From positions 428,323-492,322 of the forward strand of contig OZ025718.1 in the NCBI GenBank assembly GCA_964019335.1: a stretch of 64,000 nt of DNA, given 5' to 3'. Under the pieces are notes generated by a model that made no database searches, was not told the origin of the DNA, and saw only the letters and a program-made list of their open reading frames with translations. The first letter of the stretch is position 1, and the number at the start of each line of letters is the position of its first letter. Position numbers and translations under genes: made by a program. The DNA comes from Diplonema japonicum (taxonomy: Eukaryota; Protista; Euglenozoa: Diplonemea). Below are positions 45,969-57,200 of this stretch, piece after piece.

Positions 45969-46712
45969 TCATAACGTCTTGCAAATGTCAGAGATGGTCA
46001 TGACGGTAGGAATCATTCCGCACATGGCCTTCGTCCAGGGACCGAGGGTGATTCCGTTCACGGTTGTCAGCTCAACAAGAGAGTGGAGGGGTTTCAGGAA
46101 CGAAGCCTCAGGGTTCTGCAGAAGCTTGATAGTTCCTTGTTGGGGCATGCTGCCCCATGCCATGATGAACCACAGGAAGGCCTGAAGGAACTTCTTAAGA
46201 ATGCCCTGGACCTCCTGCTCCTTTTCAGCGGAGTCGGGCTTCTTTTTCAGCTTTGCCAGCTTCAGAATGTAGGTAAGCTGTTCGAAAACGAGGGAGTAGA
46301 ACCAAAAGTAAACGCAACGGGGCCCATACTCGGCCTTCCTCTCGGCAGAAACGTCCCTTGCCATAACACCATTCCCAGCATACACTGCAATGTTCTCCAT
46401 AGGCAAGAAGATAGCAGTGAAGACCCACGACAATAGGTTGGTAACTGACTCAGGAGTCCCATCAGTCTTGGGGGGCGCGCCCTTTGTGAGCATGCTGAAC
46501 AGTGATGTCAGCCTTGTCGTGGACCTGTAAGTGCCAGCCATGCCAGCCAAAGCCTCTAGAGACTTCTTCAACTCAGTGTTGCCCGTCTTTTCGACCACAG
46601 GCATCAGTGCGCCAGGCAGGAACTGAATAACACCCATCAGCTGGTCTCTGTGTGCAGTGGAAGTGAGCATCTTGTTCACCTTTGCGATACGACAGTCGGG
46701 GCACCCGCTCAT
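45969..46712 (-). CDS. GIM5: GIM5/PEX11-family glycosomal (peroxisomal) membrane protein
   Basis: RDQLMGVIQFLP.AL...SLEALAGMAGTYRSTTRL and VYFWFYSL resemble kinetoplastid GIM5A as I recall it. Confidence 0.78.
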   Translation of the reverse strand: MSGCPDCRIAKVNKMLTSTAHRDQLMGVIQFLPGALMPVVEKTGNTELKKSLEALAGMAGTYRSTTRLTSLFSMLTKGAPPKTDGTPESVTNLLSWVFTAIFLPMENIAVYAGNGVMARDVSAERKAEYGPRCVYFWFYSLVFEQLTYILKLAKLKKKPDSAEKEQEVQGILKKFLQAFLWFIMAWGSMPQQGTIKLLQNPEASFLKPLHSLVELTTVNGITLGPWTKAMCGMIPTVMTISDICKTL

Positions 46713-47057
46713 CTTATTGTTATTTTAAGTAGTGCTGTGTAGTTAAACAAAATGGAATGAACAAAGGAAAGTAGTGCTGCAAAGGGAAAACCCCACAGTG
46801 GTGGAAGCCTCAGACACTTCAGGTCCAAGCAACTTGATGACCAATATACAAATGTTGCAACCAAGAAGTGAAAAAGCAAACGAAAGGGTTTCCAGAGGTG
46901 TATGCTGAAAGACCAAGTACACCCAAGGCAACTCCAGCCCTGAAACAAAACGACCCTTCTTCTTGTTCTCTATCTGTTTATACCTACCCAGTGTTGGGCA
47001 GTCCATCCTTCACTCTGTGTACTGCTTGCTTTTCAATACGTTCTTTACCGGTTCGGG

Positions 47058-47103
47058 TTTAACCTATGTATTCAAACCTCTTACCCCTTACTTGGTTTTT
47101 TTT
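47058..47103 (+). repeat. 45/46-bp direct repeat, left copy
   Basis: TTTAACCTATGTATTCAAACCTCTTACCCCTTACTTGGTTTTTTTT; second copy at 53633-53677 with 1 substitution and 1 indel. Confidence 0.85.
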
Positions 47104-47122
47104 AAAAAAATACGGGTCTGAG

Positions 47123-47244
47123 CAGTGTTGGTCAGTCCCGTCCCGTCCCCTAAAACGGAATACGGGCCTGGACGGGACTCACGGGACTCCACGGGACGGG
47201 ACTCGACGGGACTCACGGGACTCACGGGACTCTCCCCAACACTG
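47123..47244. mobile_element. Small MITE-like element with CAGTGTTG...CAACACTG termini
   Basis: 8-bp terminal inverted repeats and internal GTCCC/GGGAC sub-terminal repeats; no 8-bp TSD seen. Confidence 0.5.
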
Positions 47245-47762
47245 TCATTATTTTTGATAGTTTTGCAACTTTTTTTTTTTTTTTTTTTTTTTTTTCTCTT
47301 TGGAAAAAAAAAAATGGGGAAAAAAAAAAGAGAAAAAAATCCTTGATTTTCTTTTTGACATACATGATGTGTTTACCTTTTTTTTTTTTCCTTCTTTTTT
47401 TCTTGTCTTCTCACATTTTATCGCACACCTAAGCCAAGCTGTTGTTTCTACTTTCCGCATCAAATGTTGTATTTGGATGTAATAGAAAAGGGGGGAAATA
47501 ATAAATAATATGTACAAGAGGAGGGTATGTTTATACAACCTGTGTAAACAGATCGGTTCCTTGCTTTCAGCACCATGCCCCTAATGTGCAATGTACAGCT
47601 CAACCCCTGCATTGCACTGCCTGTTTGTTGCACATATTTTCATGTTATCCCCCCCCCACCTGAAAATAATAGAAAGGAGATAAATATATGAGTTAAAGGA
47701 GGCTGGTGTTGGCAGCACCCTGCACAAGAACTGTCTACTTGATTACAGGGGGTGCACCACAG

Positions 47763-48059
47763 CCGAGTTGTAGCTTCTTCTGCGTTCCGCGTCGTTTCCT
47801 TAATCACCACGGCCAGGATGTAGCTTCTTCTGCATTCCACATCATGCCCTTAATCACTGCAGCCAGGTTGTAACTTCTTGCATTCCATGTCATTTCCTTA
47901 ACCACCATGGCCAGGTTGTAGCTTCTTCTGTGTTCTGCATTGTGTCCTTAATCACCGTGGCCGAGTTGTAGCTTTTTGTGTTCCGTGTCATTTCCTTAAT
48001 CACGATGGCCGGACGGCCGGGTTGTAGCTTCTTCTGCGTTCTGTGTTGTGTCCTTAATG
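47763..48059 (+). repeat. ~47-bp degenerate tandem repeat, ~6 units
   Basis: Unit approximately GTTGTAGCTTCTTCTGCATTCCGTGTCGTGTCCTTAATCACCACGGCCAG; related units occur in both orientations through 49.3-51.5 kb. Confidence 0.8.
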
Positions 48060-48143
48060 TGTGTGGTGTTCAGCTCAACCCCAGCCAGGGCGCCCCAGGT
48101 AACTAAGATTCTGTGCTTGTGTGGTTTGCTCAGTGATGACAGA

Positions 48144-48225
48144 TGAGGAGGTCAACAGTGAACAACACATCTGATGTTTTTCTTATATTTTCATGTTATC
48201 CCCACCACCTGAAAAAGAAGATAAA

Positions 48226-48270
<45 letters not shown>

Positions 48271-48466
48271 TATATTGTGCACCAAGAGGTGCATTGTGAC
48301 ACCTGCTTTTCCCTGTGCAACATAGTGGTACATGTTATAAAACACGTGCTGTGTTGTGCACCCTGTGTTGCATACATCATGTGTGTCGAAAATTTGCGAT
48401 GTTGGGGTGGTTTGTGGGCCAGACCCCTCAGACCACCAGTCTGGCCAGCACTGCCCATCCCTTTTT

Positions 48467-48497
<31 letters not shown>

Positions 48498-49124
48498 GCT
48501 TTGTACTTTTCTTGCAAAGGCCTCTTTTTAATATTTTTTTCAAAGCAGGTCTCCAAACCCCCTGACATTTTTTTTAATTTTTTTTTTTTTTTTTTTTTTT
48601 TTAAATAGTCACAACAAGGTAGTATGAGCCTTGCCTCACATCCCACCCAAACCTAGGACCTCTTTTTTTGAACCTTTGAAACCAAAAGTGCCAGAAAAAT
48701 GCAAGCCCCAGCCTAAATTTGGGCCTTTGTGACACAAAAAACACAAAGAAATTTTTTGGTCCCAAGAGTCCCCTGAGTCCCCTCCAGACCCCTGAGTCCC
48801 ATGAGTCCCTCCAGTCCCCTGAGTCCCCTGAGCAGTGATGGGTGAATCCTAATTAGGACTAGACCGGACTGGACCAGACCAGACCGGATCTGGCGTGAAT
48901 TTCGACCCAATTATGCCAGACTGACCAGACTGACCAGACTGGACCGGACTGGACCAGACTGGACTGGACTGAACCAGACCGTACAAGATACAACACCACA
49001 ACACCACATCCCCCCTTTTTTTTGCTGCAGAGTTCAAACATATAAACAGATGTCTACAAGAAAAGATGTTACACAGGTACTGAGAGACGACGACAACAAC
49101 AAAAACAATGAGAAACGAAGAAGG

Positions 49125-49156
<32 letters not shown>

Positions 49157-51671
49157 CTTCTTTTTCAGGTGGTGGGGATAACATGAAAATATAAGAAAAA
49201 CATCAGATGTGTTGTTTGCTGTTGACCTCCTCATTGGTCATCACCAAGCAAACCACACGAGTGCAGAATCTTGGTTACCCAGGGCGCCCCAGCTAGGGTT
49301 GAGCTGAACCCCACACACATTAAGGACACAACACGGAGCACAGAAGAAGCTACAACTCGGCTGCAGTGATTAAGGACACGATGCAGAATGCAGAAGAAGC
49401 TACAACCCGGCTGCAGTGCACCCCCTGTAATCAAGTAGACAGTTCTTGTGCAGGGCACTGCCAACACCAGCCTCCTTTAACTCTTGTATATTATTCCAAA
49501 GGTGGTGGGGATAGCATGAAAAAACATCAGATGTGTTGTTCACTGTTGACCTCCTCATCGGTCATCACCAGTAGCTCCTGAGTGGAAGAACATAATGCAG
49601 ATGCTCAGGGTGACAAACAGGCAGCAAACTACACCACACACATTAAAGACATGACACAGAATGCAGAAGAAGCTACAATTCAGTTGCAGTGCACCCCTGT
49701 AATCAAGCAGACAGTTCTTGTGCAGGGCACCACCAACACCAGCCTCTTTTAACTCATATATGTATCATTCAGGTGGTGGGGATAACATGGAAATATAAGA
49801 AGTACATCAGATGTGTTGTTTGCTGTTGACCTCCATGTTGGTCATCACCAGTAGCGCCCAAGTGGAGAACATAATGCAGATGCTCAGGGTGATGAATTGG
49901 CAGCAAACTGCATGAGCACAGAATCTTGGTTACCCCGGTTGCTACAGCTGGGGTTAAGCTGCACACATTAAGAACACAACACAGAACACAGAAGAAGCTA
50001 CAACTCAGCTGCAGTGCCCCCCTGTATCAAGTTAACAGTTCTTGTGCAGGCACTGCCAACACAACAAACAGGCATTTCCTCCATCCACTTGGCCAGTCAT
50101 CACCTGTAGCACCCTGAGTGGAAGAACAAATTGCAGATGCTCAGGGTGAGTAAACTACTTAGGGCACCAGCTGGGGTTGAGCTACACACCACATGCATTA
50201 AGGACACAACATGGAATGCAGAAGCAGCCAAGGTGCACCTGTCACTGGTCTCCTTTACCTCTTTCATGTTATTTGGTGGTGGGGATCACAGAAATATAAG
50301 AAGTACATCAGATGTGTTGTTTGCTGTTGACCTCCATGTTGGTCATCACCGGTTGTGCCTGAGTGGAGGAACGTATTGCAGATGCTCAGGGTGATGAACT
50401 GGCAGCAAACTACACAGGCCCAGAATCTTAGTTACCAGGGCCATGGCTGGTGTTGAGCTGCACACTGCACACATTAAGGACATGACACGGAATATTGTGC
50501 TGTCAGTGTTGTGGTGATATAGTCACCACTTTCAACCTTGATGATGCAAAGAGGAAAAAAAAAGGGGGGGGGGGGAAAACTAGTTTGACACTCCATTTGT
50601 TTGTGTGCATGAGCAGAATTTTACCTAATAAAATAGCTCATTACGCTGCCATCAACTAGTTTTAGTCTCGACAATAATATTGTTAAAACAAAAAAAAAAG
50701 TAAGGAATTCCCTGTTCCACCAAGTTCTGGTTCTGCCATTCTGCCAAGTTCCGACTTTCAGTTTGGTGGAAGGGAATGGAACGACCCAATCCTGCACAAG
50801 TAGAATCTTGGTTACCCAGGATGCCCCGGCTGGGGTTGAGCTGAACACCACACACATTAAGGACACAACACGGAACACAGAAGAAGCTACAACTCGGCTG
50901 TGGTGTACCCCCTGTAATCAAGTAGTCTTGTGCAGGTCCTTTAACTCATATATCTCTCACCACGGCCGGGTTGTAGCTTCTTCTGTGTTTCGCATCGATC
51001 ACCACAGCCGGGTTGTATTACATCCAAATACAACATTTCCAGACATTTGTACATACCTGCAGCTGCAGTGCACCGGAGTAGATAGGTGCAAATGGCTTGA
51101 TGGAGCTGTGCATGTCTGTGGTATGAAGAAGAAGAATGACACCACAACCGAGTTGTAGCTTCTTCTGCATTCTGTGTCATGTCTTTAATGTGTGTGGTGT
51201 AGTTTGCTGCCTGTTTGTCACCCTGAGCATCTGCATTATGTTCTTCCACTCGGGAGCTACTGGTGATGACTGATGAGGAGGTCAACAGTGAACAACACAT
51301 CTGATGTTTTTTCATGCTATCCCCACCACCTTTGGAATAATATACAAGAGTTAAAGGAGGCTGGTGTTGGCAGTGCCCTGCACAAGAACTGTCTACTTGA
51401 TTACAGGGGGTGCACCACGGCCAGGTTGTAGCTTCTTCTGCATTCTGCATTGTGTCCTTAATCACTGTGGCTGAGTTGTAGCTTCTTCTGTGCTCTGTGT
51501 TGTGTCCTTAATGTGTGCAGGGTTCAGCTCAACCCTAGCCAGGGTGCCCTGGGTAACCAAGATTCTGCACTCGTGTAGTTTGCTTGGTGATGACCAATGA
51601 GGAGGTCAACAGCAAACAACACATCTGATGTTTTTCTTATATTTTCATGTTATCCCCACCACAAAAAGAAG

Positions 51672-51702
<31 letters not shown>

Positions 51703-52436
51703 ACCAACTTGGTTGAGGGTTTTATACCTAAGGTACTGAGGAGGGTGAACAAGGGGCCAAAGGCCACACCACAGCAGAAAGGTTCGATCAAGAGATAGAT
51801 TGAGACTCTTCAGGCGTCCTGCCACATACCAAAGGTACCCTTAAATGTCTCTGTTCTTTTTTTTTTTTTTTTTTTTCTTCATTTCTCATTGTTTTTGTTG
51901 TTGTTGTCATCTCTCAGTACCTGTGTAACATCTTTTCTTGTAGACATCTGTTTATATGTTTGAACTCTGCAGCAAAAAAAAGGGGGGATGTGGTGTTGTG
52001 GTTGTATCTTGTCTGGTCTGGTTCAGTCCAGTCCAGTCTGGTCCGGTCTGGTCTGGTCAGTCTGGTCAGTCTGGTCAGTCTGGCATAATTGGGTCGAAAT
52101 TCACACCGGATCTGGTCCGGTCTGGTCCAGTCTGGTCTAGTCCTAATTAGGATTCACCCATCACTGCAAGGGACTCAGGGGACTCTTGGGACCAAAAAAT
52201 TTCATTGTGTTTTTTGTGTCACAAAGGCCCAAATTTAGGCTGGGGCTTGCTTTTTTTGGTACTTTTGGTTTCAAAAGTTCAAAAAAAGAGGTCCTAGGTT
52301 TGGGTGGGATGTGAGGCAAGGCTCATACTACCTTGTTGTGACTATGTAAAAAAAAAAATTAAAAAAAATGTCAGGGGGTTTGGAGACCTGCTTTGAAAAA
52401 AATATTAAAAAGAGGCCTTTGCAAGAAAAGTACAAT

Positions 52437-52474
<38 letters not shown>

Positions 52475-52794
52475 AAAAGGGATGGGTAGTGTTGGCCAGA
52501 CTGGGGTCTGAGGGGTCTGGCCCACAAACCACCCCAACACTGCAAATTTTCGACCACACCATGTGGTGTGTTGTGACATATTTTACACCACATTTCACAT
52601 ACCTGATGTTCCACATGATGTATGCAACACAGGGTGCACAACATGGCATGTGTTTTATAACATGTACCACTATGCTGCACAGGGAAAAGCAGGTGTCACA
52701 ATGTGCACCTCCTGGTGCACAATATACAAAAAAAAAAAAAACTTTTATCATATAAGAAAAACATCAGATGTGTTGTTCACTGTTGACCTCCTCA
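48144..52794. repeat. Long inverted repeat: arms ~48144-49686 and ~51145-52794, ~1.45-kb spacer
   Basis: Colinear reverse-complement matches, e.g. GGTGAATCCTAATTAGGACTAGACC (48841) vs GGTCTAGTCCTAATTAGGATTCACC (52134), and near-identical translated junk ORFs on opposite strands. Confidence 0.9.
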
Positions 52795-52845
52795 ATGAAA
52801 TTTTCAGGGGTCTGGAGGGGACTCAGGGGACTGGAGGGACTCAAG

Positions 52846-53215
52846 CAGTGTTGTTATGGGAAAAAACCCGGGGGTGGGGGGGCAAAAAAAATTTTTTTTT
52901 CTAGGGACCCTCACACATTTAGCACCCTCAAAACAGACTTTTTGGAAATTTTTGGCCAAAAAAAATTTTTTTTTTTCCCAGGGGACCCTAAACTTGGGGT
53001 CACTTTGGCTATTTTTGACCCCAAAATTTTTTTTTGGGAAAAAGCCAGAAATCATGAAATTTATATTAAAAACACCTTATAAACCCATTTCTGCAATCCA
53101 AAAAGTTCAGAAAGGTGTTTAGGTGGAATACACATCTCTAAACTATATCCTGAAGTAAAAAGTAAGTAAAAATCCGAAAATCTCAGGGGGGTAACTCATC
53201 CTCATGACAACACTG
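52846..53215. mobile_element. MITE-like element with 15-bp imperfect TIRs (CAGTGTTGTTATGGG / CTCATGACAACACTG)
   Basis: hAT-like CAGTG termini with 2 mismatches in 15 bp; no TSD seen. Confidence 0.5.
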
Positions 53216-53632
53216 GGAGGGCAAAAAATAATTTTTTTTTTGAACACCCAATTTTGTCCCAAAAATGGAATTCTGAACAGCCAATGGAAAGTTTTGACCC
53301 CACTTGGACTGAAAATTTTTCTTCAAAAATCACTTTAGGGTCTAAATGGCCACCTGAAAATCACAAAATCAAGCTTCATTTTAGAATGGTATTTTGGAAT
53401 TTTGGCCTAATTTTGGGTGATGATAAGCAAAATTCACTTTTCAGGAAACACACATTTTCACACATTTGAATTTATTCTTTAGTTTTTTTCTGAACCTATT
53501 TAATTTTTAAACCTAATAAAGAAAGAGTAAATCCTCCTATTCAAAACTTTTTAGTCCCAGTGTTGCCAAAATGGGTTGAAAATTAAAGTACCCAGCTGTG
53601 GTTACTTAATCAAAAAAGAATTTAATAGCCCA

Positions 53633-53677
53633 TTTAACCTATGTATTCAAACCTTTTACCCTTACTTGGTTTTTTTT
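53633..53677 (+). repeat. 45/46-bp direct repeat, right copy
   Basis: Matches 47058-47103. Confidence 0.85.
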
Positions 53678-53777
53678 GTGGAATTTATTTCATTCTTTTG
53701 ATTCCTTGCCCAGCAATAGCAGTTGGTCTTTCCTCTTGGCTGCAATCTCCTTCACCTCCAGTGCTTGCCAACAATAG

Positions 53778-54254
53778 CAAACCCACAAACCCGCACGAGA
53801 AATAAAGCAATCACTTGGTTTTTTAGAATTGTGGGTGTGCGTGTCTGTGTGTGTGTCTGTGCTGGTGCCTGTATGGGTCTGTGTGCTTGCATTTATCTGC
53901 GTGGTGTGTCTGTGCGCGTGCGTGGTCTGTGTGTGTGTCTGTGTGCAAACCCGCAAACCCGCACGAGAAATAAAGCGATCACTTGGTTTTTTAGAATTGT
54001 GGGTGTGCGTGTCTGTGTGTGTGTCTGTGCGTGTATGGGTCTGTGTGCTTGCATTTATCTGCGTGGTGTGTCTGCGTGTGCGTGGTCTGTGTGTGTGTCT
54101 GTGTGCGTGCGTGTGTTTGCGTCTGTGCCTGTGTGCGTGCATGTGTCTGTGCTTGCACGTGTCTGTGTTGTGTGTGTACTCGTGTCTGTGCGGGTACGGG
54201 TGTGTCTGTGTGCGTGCATGCGTCTGTGTTGTGCATGTGTGTCTGGCAGTCTGT
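53778..54254 (+). repeat. Tandem ~167-bp GT-rich units, each headed by GCAAACCC(G/A)CAAACCCGCACGAG
   Basis: Unit starts at ~53778 and ~53945 are near-identical and begin with remnants of the CCCGCAAA satellite. Confidence 0.8.
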
Positions 54255-57200
54255 AGAGAGGAACACGAGGGGACCTGATCAAAGTGAAGGCGTGGGTGAG
54301 GGATGGAAGGAAGGTCACCCTCGACGTCTACGAGGGGAGGGGGCCCTGCGAGAAGGAGACGAGGCGCACTGTCCAGGACCATCTGCGGAAGATGGGTGTT
54401 GCCAAGGCGAGGGAGGGGGCGAGGGAGGCTGCCAGACAGGAGAAGAAAAGGCACCGTCGTGCGAGGAAAGAAGGGAGGAGGAGGGCCCGCAGAGAGGAAC
54501 ACGAGGCCGCCCTGGAACAGAAGCCAGATGACCCTGCAATGGGGCTGAAGCGGACCGAGGTGGGAACGCCTGGAGCCCAACCCCTGGCACCCAGAATCCC
54601 GGCACCTGGGGCTGCAACCGGCACAAGGAGGCACCGCAGACGGACGGGACACAGCAAGGAAGGGGTGAGATGGGAGCACCTGGGGGCGTGGGCCTGGGTC
54701 GCCCTGTTCTCCCTCTTGCTGATCCCAGGGGTGAGGCAGGTGCTGGGGGCGGGCATCGGGATGGCCCCCTCCTTCCTGCATGCGGCAGTGTTGTGGAAGA
54801 GGCCGGGGAGCGACAGGAGGACCACCCGCAGGTCAAGGGTACAGGTGGGGCCCCGAGGGGATGAATGGTCCGCTGGGGAGCTCGCTTGGCTAGCGGTAGG
54901 GGGCACTCTGGTGGGAAGCACTTCAGTTTGGATAGGGGGGCTGATGTCGCTCTGGGCCATGGTGGAAGTGATGGTGGGGAAAGCTGGTGCTGGCCCGACC
55001 CAGAGATTCGGACCGGTAAAGCTGAAGAAGACAAGACGCGGATCGAGAGGTCACTACCGGCCGGTGTACTTGGGCCCGCCTAGAAGCTCAAGACGCAGAA
55101 AAAAGAAGGAGGACGCCAAGCAAGCGGCGAAGGAACGAGCTGAGACGGAGGATAAGCTCTTTCAGGCCGAACACCTGGACCCCTTTGCGGACTTGACGCT
55201 GGCAGGGGACGCGTTGCAAGGAGGTGGTGACCCTCCCCCCATGGATTTGGATGATGAGCACATGGAGGCGCAGAAGGAGGGGGAAAAAGAAGGATCAGAC
55301 AAACATCAATGCCGGATGGAAGACTGCTCTTTCCGCACCAGTGTGGCAAGCTGTCTAGTTAAACACCTCAATGCGGTCCACCATCATTTTGTGAAACAAG
55401 AGCAGGCGAGGAGCATGAAGGTGAACCTCTGTGGAACGTGTGCTGCGGCGTGCTCGTCGAACCAGACGCACTGTGCACTACACAGGCAGCGGATCTGTGG
55501 AACCCCGACAAACAACCCAGGGCCGGCAAGTCAGTGGACGAGATCATGAAGAGCTTCAAGCTGACGAGGAGATCGACGGAGAAGGACGGGAACTGCATGT
55601 TCCACGCCCTGGCCGGTTCGCTCGGGGAAGCCTACGGCGACCACACCCACATCAGGAGCGAGGTTGTAGAATGGATGAAACACCGGGAGGAGCACTATGC
55701 CCCGTTTTGCAGTGAGGGTTGGGACCGGTACTTGGAAGGGATGGGCACAGCAGCGACGTGGGGAGACCACTTGTGCCTGGCAGCCGCAGCACAAGCGTTT
55801 GGCCGCACGATACTCGTGGTTGCTGGGGGGAACAACCCAGTCCTGATGATAGGGGAGTACAACTCCGACCACGAGAAGGTGGTGGTGCTGGCGTACAACG
55901 GCAACCACTACGAGTATGCAGTCGGAGAGGAGGAGTCGATGATGATGCTCCTTGATGAGTCCCAATCGGTAGCTCTACAAAAGGCAGGTAAGCAACCCTC
56001 CGAGGCCCCGGGTGAGGACATCGGGGAGTGGGACATAATAGACCGTGCGATCCCTGGATACGGGAAGGCAGGGGTGTTGGACCAGATGGGGGCAAGGAAC
56101 CAGCAATTCCTGTACTGTCCGGTGGCGAACTGCGCTAGGTCGAAGTGCAAAAGCACGACCCCGTTCAACTCGACAAGGGTATGGAAGTGTCACCTGGATG
56201 GGCACCTGGAGAGTGATGAGATCCCGGAGAGCGTTCTGAGGAGACTGGACCTCGAGAGGTGCCTGGTGTGCAGGGGCTGTGTGTGGAAGGGTCAGGGGTG
56301 CCACGACGAGTGCAAAAAGGCGGTGCGAAGGGAAGGGGAATACACGACCCCCCCGCCGGCCCCGACGAGGACCGAGTTACCCAGCCTGGAAACCATAGCC
56401 GCCATGAACGTCACGACCATGGGGTCGATCCCGACGAGCCTTCAAAGACTGTGGGGCTTACCCTTAAGCACACTCTGGGCCGAGCGGTGAAGGACAACAC
56501 AGAGGAGGCTTGGCTGCTGGTGGCGATGCTCCCCAAAGCCTGCCTGTGGAAGAAGAGGGGAGGGAAGAAGCGGGACAAGGAGACGGAGCTGAGTGTCCAG
56601 GCCAGATTGGAGGAGTGGGAGAAGGGAAATTACATGGCCCTCTGGAATAAGCTGGAATCAGGTGAGAAGGGGGAACCTAAGAACGACGAGGTCTCTAAGG
56701 TCGCCAGGGCCACGGAACTGTGCAGCAAAGGGAGGTTCTCGGCAGGAAACGCGGCGCTTGTAGCCCAGGGGCTGGCGGAAGACAATGAGGATTGCTGGAG
56801 AGCGCTGCAGAGCAAACATCCAGAGCCACTACACCCCCAATGGGACAACCCGGCGAAGACGAAGGAAGCGGTAGAAGTCTTGCCAGAAGAAGTGCTGGAC
56901 GCAATCAGGGACTTCCCGAGGGGGACTGCTGCGGGACCGACTGGTCTGAGAGCCCAGCACATCAAGGACGCGGTGGACGGAGCTTTTGAGTCTCAAGGCT
57001 GTTTGATGTCGGTGACGAGGGCAGTCAACGCATTAGCTAGAGGCACGGCCCCTAGGGAGGTGGCTCCGCTGATGGCAGGGGCGAACCTTGTGGCCCTCAA
57101 GAAGAACGACAGGGACGTGCGGCCCATAGCCGTTGGGGATGTGCTGCGTCGGCTGGTGGGGAAATCCCTTGTGAAGAAGATCGCTCCGGAAGTGGCCTCT

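Noticed and set aside
47763-48059. CRISPR-like array
   Set aside because: Degenerate tandem units without unique spacers, no cas genes and a eukaryotic context.
53690-54781. 363-aa His/Thr-rich minus-strand ORF
   Set aside because: Mostly translation of the GT-rich repeat and antisense of the retroelement.
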